Of a stretch of 64,000 nucleotides of DNA, positions 32,311 through 42,458 are shown piece by piece (the first letter of the stretch is position 1; each line of letters begins with the position of its first letter). The stretch comes from Gemmatimonadota bacterium (lineage in GTDB: Bacteria > Gemmatimonadota > Gemmatimonadetes > Gemmatimonadales > GWC2-71-9), in assembly GCA_031394255.1 (NCBI GenBank), contig JANMXA010000046.1, forward strand, positions 6,753 to 70,752, written 5' to 3'. The position numbers and the translations under genes were made by a program. The notes beneath the pieces are model-generated. The model did no database searches, had not been told where the DNA came from, and saw only the letters and a list, made by a program, of their open reading frames with translations.

Positions 32311-34095
32311 ATGACTTTCGCTCTTCCGTGGGCCCTGACCGGCCTCGCCTTGGCGGCGGTGCCGATCATCCTGCACCTGATTGCCCGCCGTGAACCGCCG
32401 ACCATTCTGTTTCCGTCGACCCGGTACCTCGCGGACGCCACCCGTCTCCATCAGCGCCGGCTTCAACTCCAGAACCTGGTGCTGCTGATCGTCAGGACGT
32501 TGCTCATGGCCGCCGTGATGCTGGCGGCCGCGGGACCCCGGTGGCAACGCGCCTCGTTGGGAACCCATTCCCCGACAGCGGCGGTCCTGATCCTGGACAA
32601 TTCTCTCTCGAGCGGCGCGATCCGGGCCGGTGTCCCGGTGCTGACCGGGATCAAGCGCGCCGGCCGTGCGGTGCTCGGTCGGGCGACGGCGGAGGATCGC
32701 CTGTGGTTAGTAACGGCGGACGGGATTCCGCGACCGGGGACGCCTGGGGCGCTCGCGGCCAAGGTGGATTCGCTCACCGTCACGCCGGCCCGGGTCGACC
32801 TGGGCGAGCTGGTTGCGACCGCGGCGGCGCTGCTCCGATCGGCCGATCGCCCGGGGGAAGTCGTGGTCATTTCCGATTTCCAGCGATCGGCCATAAGCGG
32901 TGGCCGTCAGGATGAGCCCATCACCGTGTTGCGGGTTGCCGGCGAACCCTCCCCGAACGCAGGACTTGCCGCCCTCCTGGTGGGAAGCCAGCCCTGGGGA
33001 ACGGACGGCGGCAGTGCGGCCGTTCGGGTTGGGGGGACGGGCGAGCGGGCGCGACCGGTATCGATCGTGGCCGAGGGGCGACCGGCCCGGCAGCTGCTCG
33101 TCCCGGTGGGTGGGACGGCGATCCAGCGACTCACCGGTCTGGTCCCGGGTTGGCGGACGGTGACGGCTGAGCTCGATCCTGACGAACTGCGTCTGGATGA
33201 CCGGCGCACCGTCGCGGTTCGGGTGGCGCCGCCGGCCCGGGTGACGGCCGCGGATGCCGGCACCTTCGCCGCGACGGCGCTTCAGGTCCTGGCGCAGAAT
33301 GGCCGGGTTGAGGCCGGCGGCGACGTGACGCTGGGCACGTTAGGCGGGCTGGCGTCCATCGTGCTGCCGCCGGCGGATCCGGCCCGCCTCGGGGCGCTCA
33401 ACCGGGCTCTTGCGGCTCGAGGGGTGGCGTGGCGCTATGGCGATCCGGCGATCACGGCGACTGCCACCGACAGCGGTCCCTGGCTCGGCCGGGAGCGCAC
33501 CCTGCGCCGATACAGGCTGGTGCACCAGGGGGGAGCGGCGACGGACGTCCTCGTGACGGCGGGCGGCGAGCCCTGGGTGGTTCGAAGCGGTCGGACCGTG
33601 CTGGTGGGGAGCCGCCTCGAGCCGGAGTGGACCAGTCTGCCGCTGAGCGCCGGTTTCCTGCCGTTTCTCGACGCCCTCCTCAATCGCGCGGCCCGGGGTG
33701 AATTGATCCAGCTCGAGGCTGCGCCGGGCGACCGGATCCTGGTGCCGGACCGGGTCACCGCCGTCGTGGCCGGAGACCGTCGCTGGCCGATCGAAGGCGG
33801 CTCCCCGTTTCGGCCGGCGACTCTCGGCCCGCACTTCCTTCTGGCGGACCGGGATACGGTGGGATCGATTTCGGTCAATCCTGATGCCCGTGAGTCGGAG
33901 TTGACGCCCGCCACGGCAACGGAGATCGTCGCCTTGTGGCCGAACGCTCGCGTGTCCGACCTCGACCGCGCGGCCCAGGCGGCCTTCCAGGCTGGAACGA
34001 CCAGCGATTTGCGAGGTCCGCTCCTCGTCCTGGCGCTCATCCTGGCCCTGATTGAAACCGTGCTGGCCGCCGGGCGGCGGTTCAAGGCCCGATGA
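32311..34095 (+). CDS. BatA N-terminal + vWA domain membrane protein
   Basis: PIILHL...FPS..L BatA motif, LDNSLS MIDAS-like, ISDFQ, C-terminal TM. Confidence 0.82.
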   Translation: MTFALPWALTGLALAAVPIILHLIARREPPTILFPSTRYLADATRLHQRRLQLQNLVLLIVRTLLMAAVMLAAAGPRWQRASLGTHSPTAAVLILDNSLSSGAIRAGVPVLTGIKRAGRAVLGRATAEDRLWLVTADGIPRPGTPGALAAKVDSLTVTPARVDLGELVATAAALLRSADRPGEVVVISDFQRSAISGGRQDEPITVLRVAGEPSPNAGLAALLVGSQPWGTDGGSAAVRVGGTGERARPVSIVAEGRPARQLLVPVGGTAIQRLTGLVPGWRTVTAELDPDELRLDDRRTVAVRVAPPARVTAADAGTFAATALQVLAQNGRVEAGGDVTLGTLGGLASIVLPPADPARLGALNRALAARGVAWRYGDPAITATATDSGPWLGRERTLRRYRLVHQGGAATDVLVTAGGEPWVVRSGRTVLVGSRLEPEWTSLPLSAGFLPFLDALLNRAARGELIQLEAAPGDRILVPDRVTAVVAGDRRWPIEGGSPFRPATLGPHFLLADRDTVGSISVNPDARESELTPATATEIVALWPNARVSDLDRAAQAAFQAGTTSDLRGPLLVLALILALIETVLAAGRRFKAR

Positions 34096-37000
34096 TTCGC
34101 CCGGTCCTCGACGCGTTCGGGCGGACTCGGTTCGCGGCCGACCTCCGTGACGCCCTGCCCGCGGCGGGCCGAACCATTCGGGTTGGCGGACTTCCGGGGT
34201 CCAGTCCTGCGGTGGTGGCGGCATGGCTGGCCGAGGAACAGGCCAACCGGCTGGTCGCGGTGGTGGCCACGACGCCCGCCGAAGCGGAGCGGTGGCTGGC
34301 CGACCTCGCGCAGCTTACCGATCAGCCGGTGTCGCTCTATCCCCAGAGAGAGGCTCTGGGGGAAGAAGAGCGTCACGTCGAGATCGCCGGCGAGCGCACC
34401 GAAACGATCGAGGCACTCCTGGCCGGGCGGCTTCGGATCGTGATCACGACCGCCCGGGCCAGCGCCGAACGAACGGCCGTGGCGACCGCATTGGCGGAGT
34501 TCCGGCTCGAATTGACCCGGAGCGCGGCCGTGCCCTTGTCGGAGGTCACCACCCGGCTCGAGCACATGGGCTATCAGCGAGTGCCCACCGTCACGGAGGT
34601 GGCGCAGTTCAGCGTGCGGGGCGGCATCATCGATCTCTACGGGTTCGGCATGGCGGCGCCGACCCGGTGCGAATGGTGGGGCGACGTGATCGAAAGCCTC
34701 CGGGGGTTCGATCTCACCAGTCAGCGGAGCCTGGGGGAGATCGACCGGGTTTCCGTGCTCCCGGTCCGGACGGTAACGGCGGCGGACCGCACCGGGCCCG
34801 TGGCCCGGGTCTCGCTCCTTGATCTGCTCCCCTCCGGCACATTGATGATGGTGGACTCCTCGACGGCGAACATCGAGGAGGTCACCCGTGCCTGGCGCGA
34901 AGCCGAGCATCATCTCGACGTGGCCCGTCGGCTCGGGGAGGAGGTCCCTCGGCGGGAGGACCTGTTCATCGAGCCGGAGGTGTGGCGCGCGGGGATGGAG
35001 CGTTTCGGCACATTGGCCTTGCGGGAGGAACCGGTCGAACTCCAGGCCGGATTCATGCCGCCGGAGAAGATCGACCGGGACATCAAGCGGCTCCGCACCC
35101 TGCTGGATGGCGGTTTGCCGACCTTGATCCTCTGTGACAACGAGGGCCAGCTCGAGCGGCTGACCGAGTTGCTTGATGAGCAGGGCCGACCAGGGGGCGC
35201 CGCGCTGGCGGTTGGGGCGCTGGACGGCGGATTCGTGATGCCGTCGCTCCGGGTGATGACGGACCATGAGGTCTTCCGCCGGGCCCGGCGGCTCCGTCGT
35301 CCCCGTCGCTACCGCCAGGCGGCACCGACCGTCGTGGCCGGCACGCTCAGCAACTGCGATTACGTCGTCCATCTCGAACATGGTATCGGGATCTACCGGG
35401 GGATCGCGACGATCGAAGTGGAGGGCGGCCTCATCGAGGTCGCGGTGGTCGAGTACGAGGGCGGCGACCGGCTCCACGTGCCTCTCTACCGTCTCGATCA
35501 GATCGAGCGCTACCGATCTGCCACCGACGACGGCGACGAGCCGCCCCCGCGGATTCACAAGCTCGGCAGCACCTCGTGGAAGAAACTGAGGGAGCGAACC
35601 CGCGAGGCGATTCAGCTGATGGCCGCCGAGTTGCTTGATCTCTATGCCCGCCGCCAGGTCAGCGCCGGGTTCGCCTTCCCACCTGATGCGAAGTGGCAGC
35701 GCGAACTCGAGTCGAGTTTTCTGTATGAAGACACGCCGGACCAGCGCAAGGCTACCGAAGATGTGAAGCGGGACATGGAGCGGCCGGTGCCGATGGACCG
35801 GCTGCTGGTCGGCGACGTGGGTTATGGGAAGACGGAGATCGCGGTTCGGGCGGCCTTCAAGGCGGTGCAGGGGGGGAAACAGGTGGCCGTACTGGTCCCA
35901 ACGACGGTACTGGCCGAACAGCATGGCCGGACGTTCGCCGAGCGGCTGGCGGATTTTCCGGTGAAGGTGGAGGTTCTTTCGCGATTCCGGACCGGCAAGG
36001 AACAGAAGACGGCGCTCGAGCTCCTGGCGGCGGGAACCATCGACATCGTGATCGGTACGCACCGGCTGCTGTCGAAGGACGTCGTATTCAAGGAACTGGG
36101 CCTGGTCGTCATCGACGAGGAACACCGGTTCGGGGTCAAGCACAAGGAGCAACTCCGTGCGCTCAAGCTCGCGGTCGACGTCCTCTCGTTGACCGCGACG
36201 CCGATTCCGCGGACCCTGCACATGTCACTGGCGGGCATTCGGGACATGAGCGTGATCGAAACGGCCCCCCGGGACCGGTCCCCTATCCTCACGTTCGTCG
36301 AACCCTGGGATGACGGGCTCCTCGAGGAGGCCTTCGCCCGGGAGCTCGACCGGGGCGGGCAGGTCTTCCTGGTCCACAACCGGATCGAGACGATCGAGAC
36401 CATCGCTGCCCGGGTCCGGGCTCTGGCACCGCGGGCGCGCGTGGCCGTAGGACACGGTCAGATGACGGCGGATGGCCTCGAGAAGGTCATGCAGCGGTTC
36501 GTTGCGGCCGAGGTGGACATTCTGGTGGCCACGATGATCGTGGAATCCGGGCTCGACGTTCCGAATGCCAATACGATGGTGGTGCATGACGCCCACCGCC
36601 TCGGCCTCGCCCAACTGTACCAGCTCCGGGGCCGTGTTGGGCGGAGCCATCGGCGGGCCTACTGTTACCTGCTGACCCCGGATCTGATCGACGGCGACGC
36701 CGAGGAGCGCCTCCGGGTGCTCGAACATCACACCGAGCTCGGTGCCGGCTATCGAATCGCGCTCAAGGATCTGGAAATCCGCGGTGCCGGCAATCTGCTC
36801 GGCAGCGAACAGTCGGGCCACGCCCACGCGGTCGGCTTCGACCTGTATCTCCGCTGGCTCGAGGAAACGGTCAAGTCGCTGCGGAGCGGCAAGGGGCTGA
36901 TCGAGACGCCGGCCCCGCCGGACGTGGTATTCGACCGGCCGGCCCACCTCCCGGATGACTACATCGCGGACGACGACACCAAGCTCGATATCTACCGGCG

Positions 37001-37358
37001 ACTGGCGCGAGCCCCCGGCCCTGGCGAAATTGATGAGCTGCGCCAGGAGCTTCGGGAAAGGTTCGGTCCGCTGCCTCAGGTGGCCGAGCATCTGCTTGAC
37101 CTGACCCGGCTTCGCACGATCGGGGCCGAGCTCGGGATTCAGCATATCCTGGTTCGGGGCGACGAGGCCCGGGTGAGCTTCCGGGCCGGCACGGCGCCGC
37201 GGATGTCCCGGCTGACGGCAGCGCTCGATCGGGTGCAGCTCTCGGCGGACGTCCGCCGAACGGTACCGCTCTCGCTCCGGCTGGTCCGGCTCGGGGGCGA
37301 AGATATCATCCCGGCGCTGGTGCGGGCGCTGGCGCAGGTGAACAGCAAGGCTACATAG
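34092..37358 (+). CDS. mfd: Transcription-repair coupling factor
   Basis: FSVRGGIIDLY, VVHLEHGIGIY (RID), GDVGYGKTE, DEEHRFGV, TATPIPRT, QLRGRVGR, DLEIRGAGNLLG. Confidence 0.97.
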   Translation: MIRPVLDAFGRTRFAADLRDALPAAGRTIRVGGLPGSSPAVVAAWLAEEQANRLVAVVATTPAEAERWLADLAQLTDQPVSLYPQREALGEEERHVEIAGERTETIEALLAGRLRIVITTARASAERTAVATALAEFRLELTRSAAVPLSEVTTRLEHMGYQRVPTVTEVAQFSVRGGIIDLYGFGMAAPTRCEWWGDVIESLRGFDLTSQRSLGEIDRVSVLPVRTVTAADRTGPVARVSLLDLLPSGTLMMVDSSTANIEEVTRAWREAEHHLDVARRLGEEVPRREDLFIEPEVWRAGMERFGTLALREEPVELQAGFMPPEKIDRDIKRLRTLLDGGLPTLILCDNEGQLERLTELLDEQGRPGGAALAVGALDGGFVMPSLRVMTDHEVFRRARRLRRPRRYRQAAPTVVAGTLSNCDYVVHLEHGIGIYRGIATIEVEGGLIEVAVVEYEGGDRLHVPLYRLDQIERYRSATDDGDEPPPRIHKLGSTSWKKLRERTREAIQLMAAELLDLYARRQVSAGFAFPPDAKWQRELESSFLYEDTPDQRKATEDVKRDMERPVPMDRLLVGDVGYGKTEIAVRAAFKAVQGGKQVAVLVPTTVLAEQHGRTFAERLADFPVKVEVLSRFRTGKEQKTALELLAAGTIDIVIGTHRLLSKDVVFKELGLVVIDEEHRFGVKHKEQLRALKLAVDVLSLTATPIPRTLHMSLAGIRDMSVIETAPRDRSPILTFVEPWDDGLLEEAFARELDRGGQVFLVHNRIETIETIAARVRALAPRARVAVGHGQMTADGLEKVMQRFVAAEVDILVATMIVESGLDVPNANTMVVHDAHRLGLAQLYQLRGRVGRSHRRAYCYLLTPDLIDGDAEERLRVLEHHTELGAGYRIALKDLEIRGAGNLLGSEQSGHAHAVGFDLYLRWLEETVKSLRSGKGLIETPAPPDVVFDRPAHLPDDYIADDDTKLDIYRRLARAPGPGEIDELRQELRERFGPLPQVAEHLLDLTRLRTIGAELGIQHILVRGDEARVSFRAGTAPRMSRLTAALDRVQLSADVRRTVPLSLRLVRLGGEDIIPALVRALAQVNSKAT

Positions 37359-37407
37359 CGCGACGATAGGCGCATCCAGGTCATCATTGAATTCGATTGG
37401 AGCAGAC

Positions 37408-38862
37408 ATGAAGCGGTGGGTTTTGGCGGTGTTGACCGGGGGCGCGCTGCTCTCCGGGTGTGAACGGTTTGCGGCCCGGTCCGATGTCGCGGCCATGGTC
37501 GGCGATCATCAGCTGTCCGCCGAGCGGGTGGCGGGGATCATGGGGAAGTCGGGCGGCGGCCCGACGGTGCAGGCGGCGGAGTTCATCTCCAACCTGTGGC
37601 TCGACTACTCGTTGTTCGCCCGGGCGCTGGCCGAAGGCAAGATCAAGACCGACTCAGCCACGGTCGAGCAGGTCCTGTGGCCGACGCTCGCGACGGCGCG
37701 GGTCCGGATGTGGCGGGATTCGGTTCAGGCGAAGCGCGCCAAGCTCGGTCCCAACGCGGCCGACAGTGCGTATGCCAAGGGTGACGAACGGATCTTCCAG
37801 CACATCATCGTGATTCCGGCCGGCCCGACCGCGGCCGATACCGCGAAGGCCAAGCAGCAGATCGACGCGGTGCTGGTCCGGGTCAAAGGGAAGGCCGTGT
37901 TCGGCGATGTGGCCAAGGAAGTCAGCGCCGACGGCAGCAAGAACGATCAGGGCTTCCTTCCGTTCGGGCCGAAGGGGCAGTTCGTCAAGGAGTTCGAGGA
38001 CGTGGCCTGGGCGCTCAACCCTGGTGACATCAGCGCGGTGGTGAAGAGCCAGTTCGGCTTTCACATCATCCGCCGGCCGCCGTTGGCCGAGGCCAAGGCG
38101 CGGGTGGAACAGGTGCTGGTCCAGAAGACGTCGGGCAAGATCGATTCGGCCTACGTGGCCGAGTTGTCTGCGGCGGCCAATCTCAAGGTGGCTTCCGGTG
38201 CGGCGGCCGCGATGAAGACCGCCATTGCCTATCCCGAGGGCGCCCGGGGATCGAAGCAGACGCTGGTGAGTCTCAAGACGGGTGACGTGACGCTGGGCGA
38301 CTTCGTGCGATGGACCGCAATGTTCCCGCTTCAGGCGAAGATGCAGATCCGGAACGCGACCGACAGCCTGTTGGGTGAGTTCGCCAAGGATCTGGCCTAC
38401 CGGACGTTGATGCTCCGGGCCGCCGATTCGGCCGGGATGAAGCTGGCCGGTCCGATGCGGCAGTTCGCCCAGATGCGTTACCAGCAGACGGTGGACCAGC
38501 TTCGGACCGGACTCGGTCTGGCGGTCCCGGAGCTCGGTGACAGCTCGAAGTTGACGCCGGCCCAGAAGACCAAGGTGGCCGACGACAAAGTGGAAGCGTT
38601 CTTCGGTCTTCTCCTCGAGGGCAAGGCGCAGATGCAGGTCGTCATGCCCGAACTGGCCGATCACCTGCGGACGCTTGAGGGTGGCAAGGTCAACCAGGCC
38701 GGGGTTGCCCGGGCGGTTGAACTCGCGACCGCGCAGTTCCGGAAAGACTCGGCCACTGCGGCGGCGAAGGGTCCGCAGCCGTCGCCGGGTGCAGTACAGC
38801 AGGCGCCGGGTGGTCCGCCGATCGGCGGGGACAAGCCGGCCGTGGAGCCCAAGAAGCCGTAA
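37408..38862 (+). CDS. PpiC/parvulin-type peptidyl-prolyl isomerase, predicted lipoprotein
   Basis: Lipobox LSGC; HII, AKEVSAD, FVKEFE, SQFGFHII. Confidence 0.85.
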   Translation: MKRWVLAVLTGGALLSGCERFAARSDVAAMVGDHQLSAERVAGIMGKSGGGPTVQAAEFISNLWLDYSLFARALAEGKIKTDSATVEQVLWPTLATARVRMWRDSVQAKRAKLGPNAADSAYAKGDERIFQHIIVIPAGPTAADTAKAKQQIDAVLVRVKGKAVFGDVAKEVSADGSKNDQGFLPFGPKGQFVKEFEDVAWALNPGDISAVVKSQFGFHIIRRPPLAEAKARVEQVLVQKTSGKIDSAYVAELSAAANLKVASGAAAAMKTAIAYPEGARGSKQTLVSLKTGDVTLGDFVRWTAMFPLQAKMQIRNATDSLLGEFAKDLAYRTLMLRAADSAGMKLAGPMRQFAQMRYQQTVDQLRTGLGLAVPELGDSSKLTPAQKTKVADDKVEAFFGLLLEGKAQMQVVMPELADHLRTLEGGKVNQAGVARAVELATAQFRKDSATAAAKGPQPSPGAVQQAPGGPPIGGDKPAVEPKKP

Positions 38863-38871
38863 GGAGTTTCT

Positions 38872-40215
38872 GTGACGCCAATTCGATCGCTGGTCACGGC
38901 GGCCGCTGCCCTCTGGGTGGCGACCGCCGTGGCACCCCGGGCCGCCGCTCAGGCGGTGGACACGACCAATACGATCGACCGGGTGGTCGCGGTGGTCGGG
39001 AACAAGACCATTCTTGCTTCCCAGGTGGCGGAACGGCTGTTCGTCGAGCTGAATGGCCGGGAGGTGCCGAAGGACCCCAAGGCGCTTGGCCAGCTTCGCA
39101 AGTCGATTCTCGAGTCGCTGGTCAGCGAAGAGCTGGTGGTACAGGAGGCTTCGCGGGACACGCTCATCAAGGTGACCGATGAGGAAGTGACCCAGTCGGT
39201 GGACGAGTTGTACAAAAACGTTCGGGGGCGGTATACCAGCGAGTCGCTGTTCCGCACCGAGTTGCAACGGACGGGTTTTCAAACGATCGAGGAATGGCGG
39301 AGTTTTTCGGCGGATCAGCAGCGGCGGAAGTTTCAGTCCGATCGCTACTGGGCCCGGCTCAACCAGCAGCAGAAGGTCAAGGACATTCCGCCGACGGACG
39401 CCGAGGTCCGGGAATATTTCGACCAGAACAAGACCTCGTTCCCGGCCCGATCGGAAGGGGTGTCGTTCAAGCAGGTCATCATGGCACCGAAGCCGACCGA
39501 CACGGCCAAGGCGATTGCCAGGGCATTGGCCGATTCGATTCTGGTGGAGTTGCGGAAGGGCGGGGACTTTGCCACGGCGGCGCGGCGGTTCTCGATGGAT
39601 CCGGCGACCAAAGAGCAGGGTGGAGCACTCAACTGGATCCGCCGGGGCCAGGGCTGGGATCCCAAGTTCGAAGACGCCGCATTCTCGCTCCGGCCGGGGC
39701 AAATTTCCGATCCGGTGGAGTCGTCGTTCGGATATCACCTGATCCAGGTCGAGCGGGTGCAGCCGGCGGAGGTTCAGGTTCGGCACATCCTGATCATGCC
39801 GGCCATCGATTCGACCGACGCGGACCGGACCCGGAAGCTCGCGGAAGCGGCCTACATCGCGATCAAGTCCGGTGCCCCGTTCGACAGTCTGCAACGTCTG
39901 TATCACGACAAGGCGGAGGAGCGGGAGGTCGAACAGTTTCCGCTTGATCGTCTGGTCCAATCCGCTCCGGCCTATGGTACCGCTTTGCGGGATGCCAAGC
40001 AGGGCGATCTCATTCCTCTCTTCAAGCTCGACGCCCCGGATCCCTACCGGGCCAAGTGGGCGATCGTCTCCCTGACCAGCCGGATTCCGGCCGGCGAGGT
40101 CCGGTTCGAGGACGTCCGGGACCGGATCCGGACCAGTCTCGCGAGCGTGTTGAGCCGGAAGAAGCATCTCGACCGGCTTCGTTCGGCGACCTTCGTTGAG
40201 GTGCGCGAGATTTGA
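38872..40215 (+). CDS. surA: SurA-like chaperone/PPIase
   Basis: Signal peptide; IDRVVAVVG, ARRFSMD..GG.L, ESSFGYHLI, VRHILI; directly upstream of pdxA. Confidence 0.82.
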   Translation: MTPIRSLVTAAAALWVATAVAPRAAAQAVDTTNTIDRVVAVVGNKTILASQVAERLFVELNGREVPKDPKALGQLRKSILESLVSEELVVQEASRDTLIKVTDEEVTQSVDELYKNVRGRYTSESLFRTELQRTGFQTIEEWRSFSADQQRRKFQSDRYWARLNQQQKVKDIPPTDAEVREYFDQNKTSFPARSEGVSFKQVIMAPKPTDTAKAIARALADSILVELRKGGDFATAARRFSMDPATKEQGGALNWIRRGQGWDPKFEDAAFSLRPGQISDPVESSFGYHLIQVERVQPAEVQVRHILIMPAIDSTDADRTRKLAEAAYIAIKSGAPFDSLQRLYHDKAEEREVEQFPLDRLVQSAPAYGTALRDAKQGDLIPLFKLDAPDPYRAKWAIVSLTSRIPAGEVRFEDVRDRIRTSLASVLSRKKHLDRLRSATFVEVREI

Positions 40216-41129
40216 CGGCCCGGCGGCCGCGACTGGCGATCACGTTAGGCGATCCTCGGGGCATCGGACCGGAGATCGTCGCGAAGGCCCTTCTGGCGCC
40301 ACTCGGCGCCGATCTCACGTTCATCGGCGCTGACGATCAGGTCGCTGACCTGCCGGGGGCCAAGGTGTCGTTGGGCCCGTGGCGGCAGGGGGCCGGGGCC
40401 CGTCCCGAGGACCGGCCGCGGGTGGCCCGAGCCGGGCAGCTGGCGGGGCATGCGGTGCAGCGGGCGGTGGCACTGGCCCTGGCCGGGGAGGTGGACGGCA
40501 TCGTCACGGCGCCGGTCGAGAAGCACGCCCTGCACGTGGCCGGTTTCCGGTTTCCGGGTCACACGGAATGGCTGGCCCATCTGGCGGGCGACGTCGATGT
40601 CGCCATGATGCTGGCGGCTGGTACGCTCCGGGTGGTGCTGGTCACGACTCACGTGGCGCTCCGCGACGTACCGGCGCTGCTCACGACGGATCGGATCGTC
40701 CGGACCGGGCGAGTGGTCGAGCGAGGGCTCAGGGAGTGGTTTGGGATCGCCTCGCCCCGGCTGGCCCTTTGCGCCCTGAATCCCCACGCCGGAGAGCAGG
40801 GCTTGTTCGGCGACGAAGAGGCCCGGGTCCTTCTCCCCGCCGCCAAAGCCCTTGGGGCCACCGGACCCCTTCCAGCCGACACCGTCTTCGTCCGGGCGAT
40901 GCGAGGAGAGTTCGACGCGGTGCTGGCCCCGTATCATGACGTTGGGATGACGGCCATCAAGGTGGCCGCGTTCGGGCAGGGGGTGAACGTGACCCTCGGC
41001 CTGCCGTTTCCTCGTACGAGCCCCGACCACGGCACCGCGTTCGATATTGCCGGCCAGGGGGTCGCCGACGCGGGAAGCATGCGGGAGGCGCTCGAACTGG
41101 CTGTCCGGCTGGCGGCCGGGCGGTTGTAG
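40212..41129 (+). CDS. pdxA: 4-hydroxythreonine-4-phosphate dehydrogenase
   Basis: GDPRGIGPE, PGHTE, LNPHAGE, PADT, YHD, RTSPDHGTAFDIAG. Confidence 0.95.
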   Translation: MTARRPRLAITLGDPRGIGPEIVAKALLAPLGADLTFIGADDQVADLPGAKVSLGPWRQGAGARPEDRPRVARAGQLAGHAVQRAVALALAGEVDGIVTAPVEKHALHVAGFRFPGHTEWLAHLAGDVDVAMMLAAGTLRVVLVTTHVALRDVPALLTTDRIVRTGRVVERGLREWFGIASPRLALCALNPHAGEQGLFGDEEARVLLPAAKALGATGPLPADTVFVRAMRGEFDAVLAPYHDVGMTAIKVAAFGQGVNVTLGLPFPRTSPDHGTAFDIAGQGVADAGSMREALELAVRLAAGRL

Positions 41130-41132
41130 CGT

Positions 41133-42458
41133 CTAGTCCGGATTCTTGCGGGCCACCGCCTCGGCTCGAACCGTCTTCACCCTCCGCCCTTCCATCGCCA
41201 CGATTTCGAAATTGAATCCGCCGGCCGCAATCCGGTCACCGGGGCGGGGGAGCCGCCCGAGGTGGCCGAAAAGGTACCCGCCGATCGTGGTATAGTCCCG
41301 GTCTTCCAGCGCGCCATCGTGGTTGGCATTGAACTCGGCGATGGTCGTGGCGCCGTCGATCATGGGCGCTCCTTCGCCGGTTATGGCCGGCCGTTCAACG
41401 GCGTCGTGCTCATCGAAGATCGGTCCGACGATTTCCTCCAGCAGGTCTTCCATCGTGACCAGGCCGGCGGTGCCGCCGTACTCGTCGAGGACGATCGCCA
41501 TGTGGGTCTTGAGCCGCTTCATGTCGGCGAGCACGTCTTCGACTTCCCTGGTGCCCGGCACCAGGTGCGGCGGCCTGACGATAGTGCGGATCAGGGAACC
41601 CGGCTCGCTCCGCAGCGTCCGGAGGATGTCCTTGGCGTGGACAATGCCGACGATGTCGTCGAGGGAATCGAGGTGGACGGGATACCGGGAGCGACCGGCC
41701 TGGGCGACGATGTCGGCCGCCTGGTCGATGGTCAGACCGGCCTCGAGGGCGACGATCTCGGTCCGCGGCGTCATCACGTCGAGGGCGGTCTTTTCGGTGA
41801 ATTCGAAGACGCCCTCGAGCAGGCGGGCGTCCTGGGTCTCGAGCTGCCCGCCCTCCTGGCTCTGCTCGACCAGCATCCGGATCTCTTCAGGGGAGTGAAG
41901 GCGTTCATGCGAGGACGGCGGTTTGATCCGCATCAGCCTGAGCAGCAGGTTGGCGGTCCAGTTGAGGAAGCGGATCGGGGGCGCCATCACCCAGGCAAAC
42001 GCCACCAGCGGCGGGGCCAGCCAGCTGGCGAGAATCTCGGGATACAGCAGGGCCAGCGCCTTGGGAACCAACTCGCCCAGGATGAGGAGGGTGTAGGCGA
42101 TCACGGCAAAGGCGATGACGGACGCCAGGGCGTGGGTCTCGACGGGGCCAATCCGGGCCGGCAGGGTCTTGAACATCCTGAGGATCAGCTCGGCCAGGGC
42201 CGGTTCGCCGATCCGGCCCAGCCCCAGGGAACAGATCGTGATCCCCAACTGGGTGGCCGAGATGTAGCGGGCGAGCGATTGTAACACACGCTCGGCTACC
42301 ATAGCTTTGCGGTCGCCCGCTTTGGCCATTTCGCCGAGCCGGGTCCGGCGGGCCCCGACCAGGGCGAACTCCGCCGAGACGAAGAAGGCATTGGCCAACA
42401 CGAGACCCAGGACGGCCAGCAGGCCGCCCACGATCGACGCCAGAGGAGTGTGCTCCAT
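41133..42458 (-). CDS. HlyC/CorC (CNNM-CBS-CorC) family Mg2+/Co2+ transport-associated membrane protein
   Basis: NAFFVSAEFALV, QLGIT, GELVPK, VMTPR, SRYPV, DEYGGTAGLVTMEDLLEEIVG; start set at ATG 42458. Confidence 0.92.
   Translation of the reverse strand: MEHTPLASIVGGLLAVLGLVLANAFFVSAEFALVGARRTRLGEMAKAGDRKAMVAERVLQSLARYISATQLGITICSLGLGRIGEPALAELILRMFKTLPARIGPVETHALASVIAFAVIAYTLLILGELVPKALALLYPEILASWLAPPLVAFAWVMAPPIRFLNWTANLLLRLMRIKPPSSHERLHSPEEIRMLVEQSQEGGQLETQDARLLEGVFEFTEKTALDVMTPRTEIVALEAGLTIDQAADIVAQAGRSRYPVHLDSLDDIVGIVHAKDILRTLRSEPGSLIRTIVRPPHLVPGTREVEDVLADMKRLKTHMAIVLDEYGGTAGLVTMEDLLEEIVGPIFDEHDAVERPAITGEGAPMIDGATTIAEFNANHDGALEDRDYTTIGGYLFGHLGRLPRPGDRIAAGGFNFEIVAMEGRRVKTVRAEAVARKNPD
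42279..42307 (+). promoter_or_regulatory. Candidate sigma70 promoter for the CDF gene, embedded antisense in the CorC-like CDS
   Basis: TTGTAA-N17-TAGCTT; coincides with AT-rich codons in the host gene. Confidence 0.55.

Noticed and set aside
33435..40167. Long minus-strand ORFs (928, 423 and 837 aa)
   Set aside because: Antisense to mfd and the PPIase genes; no recognisable domains
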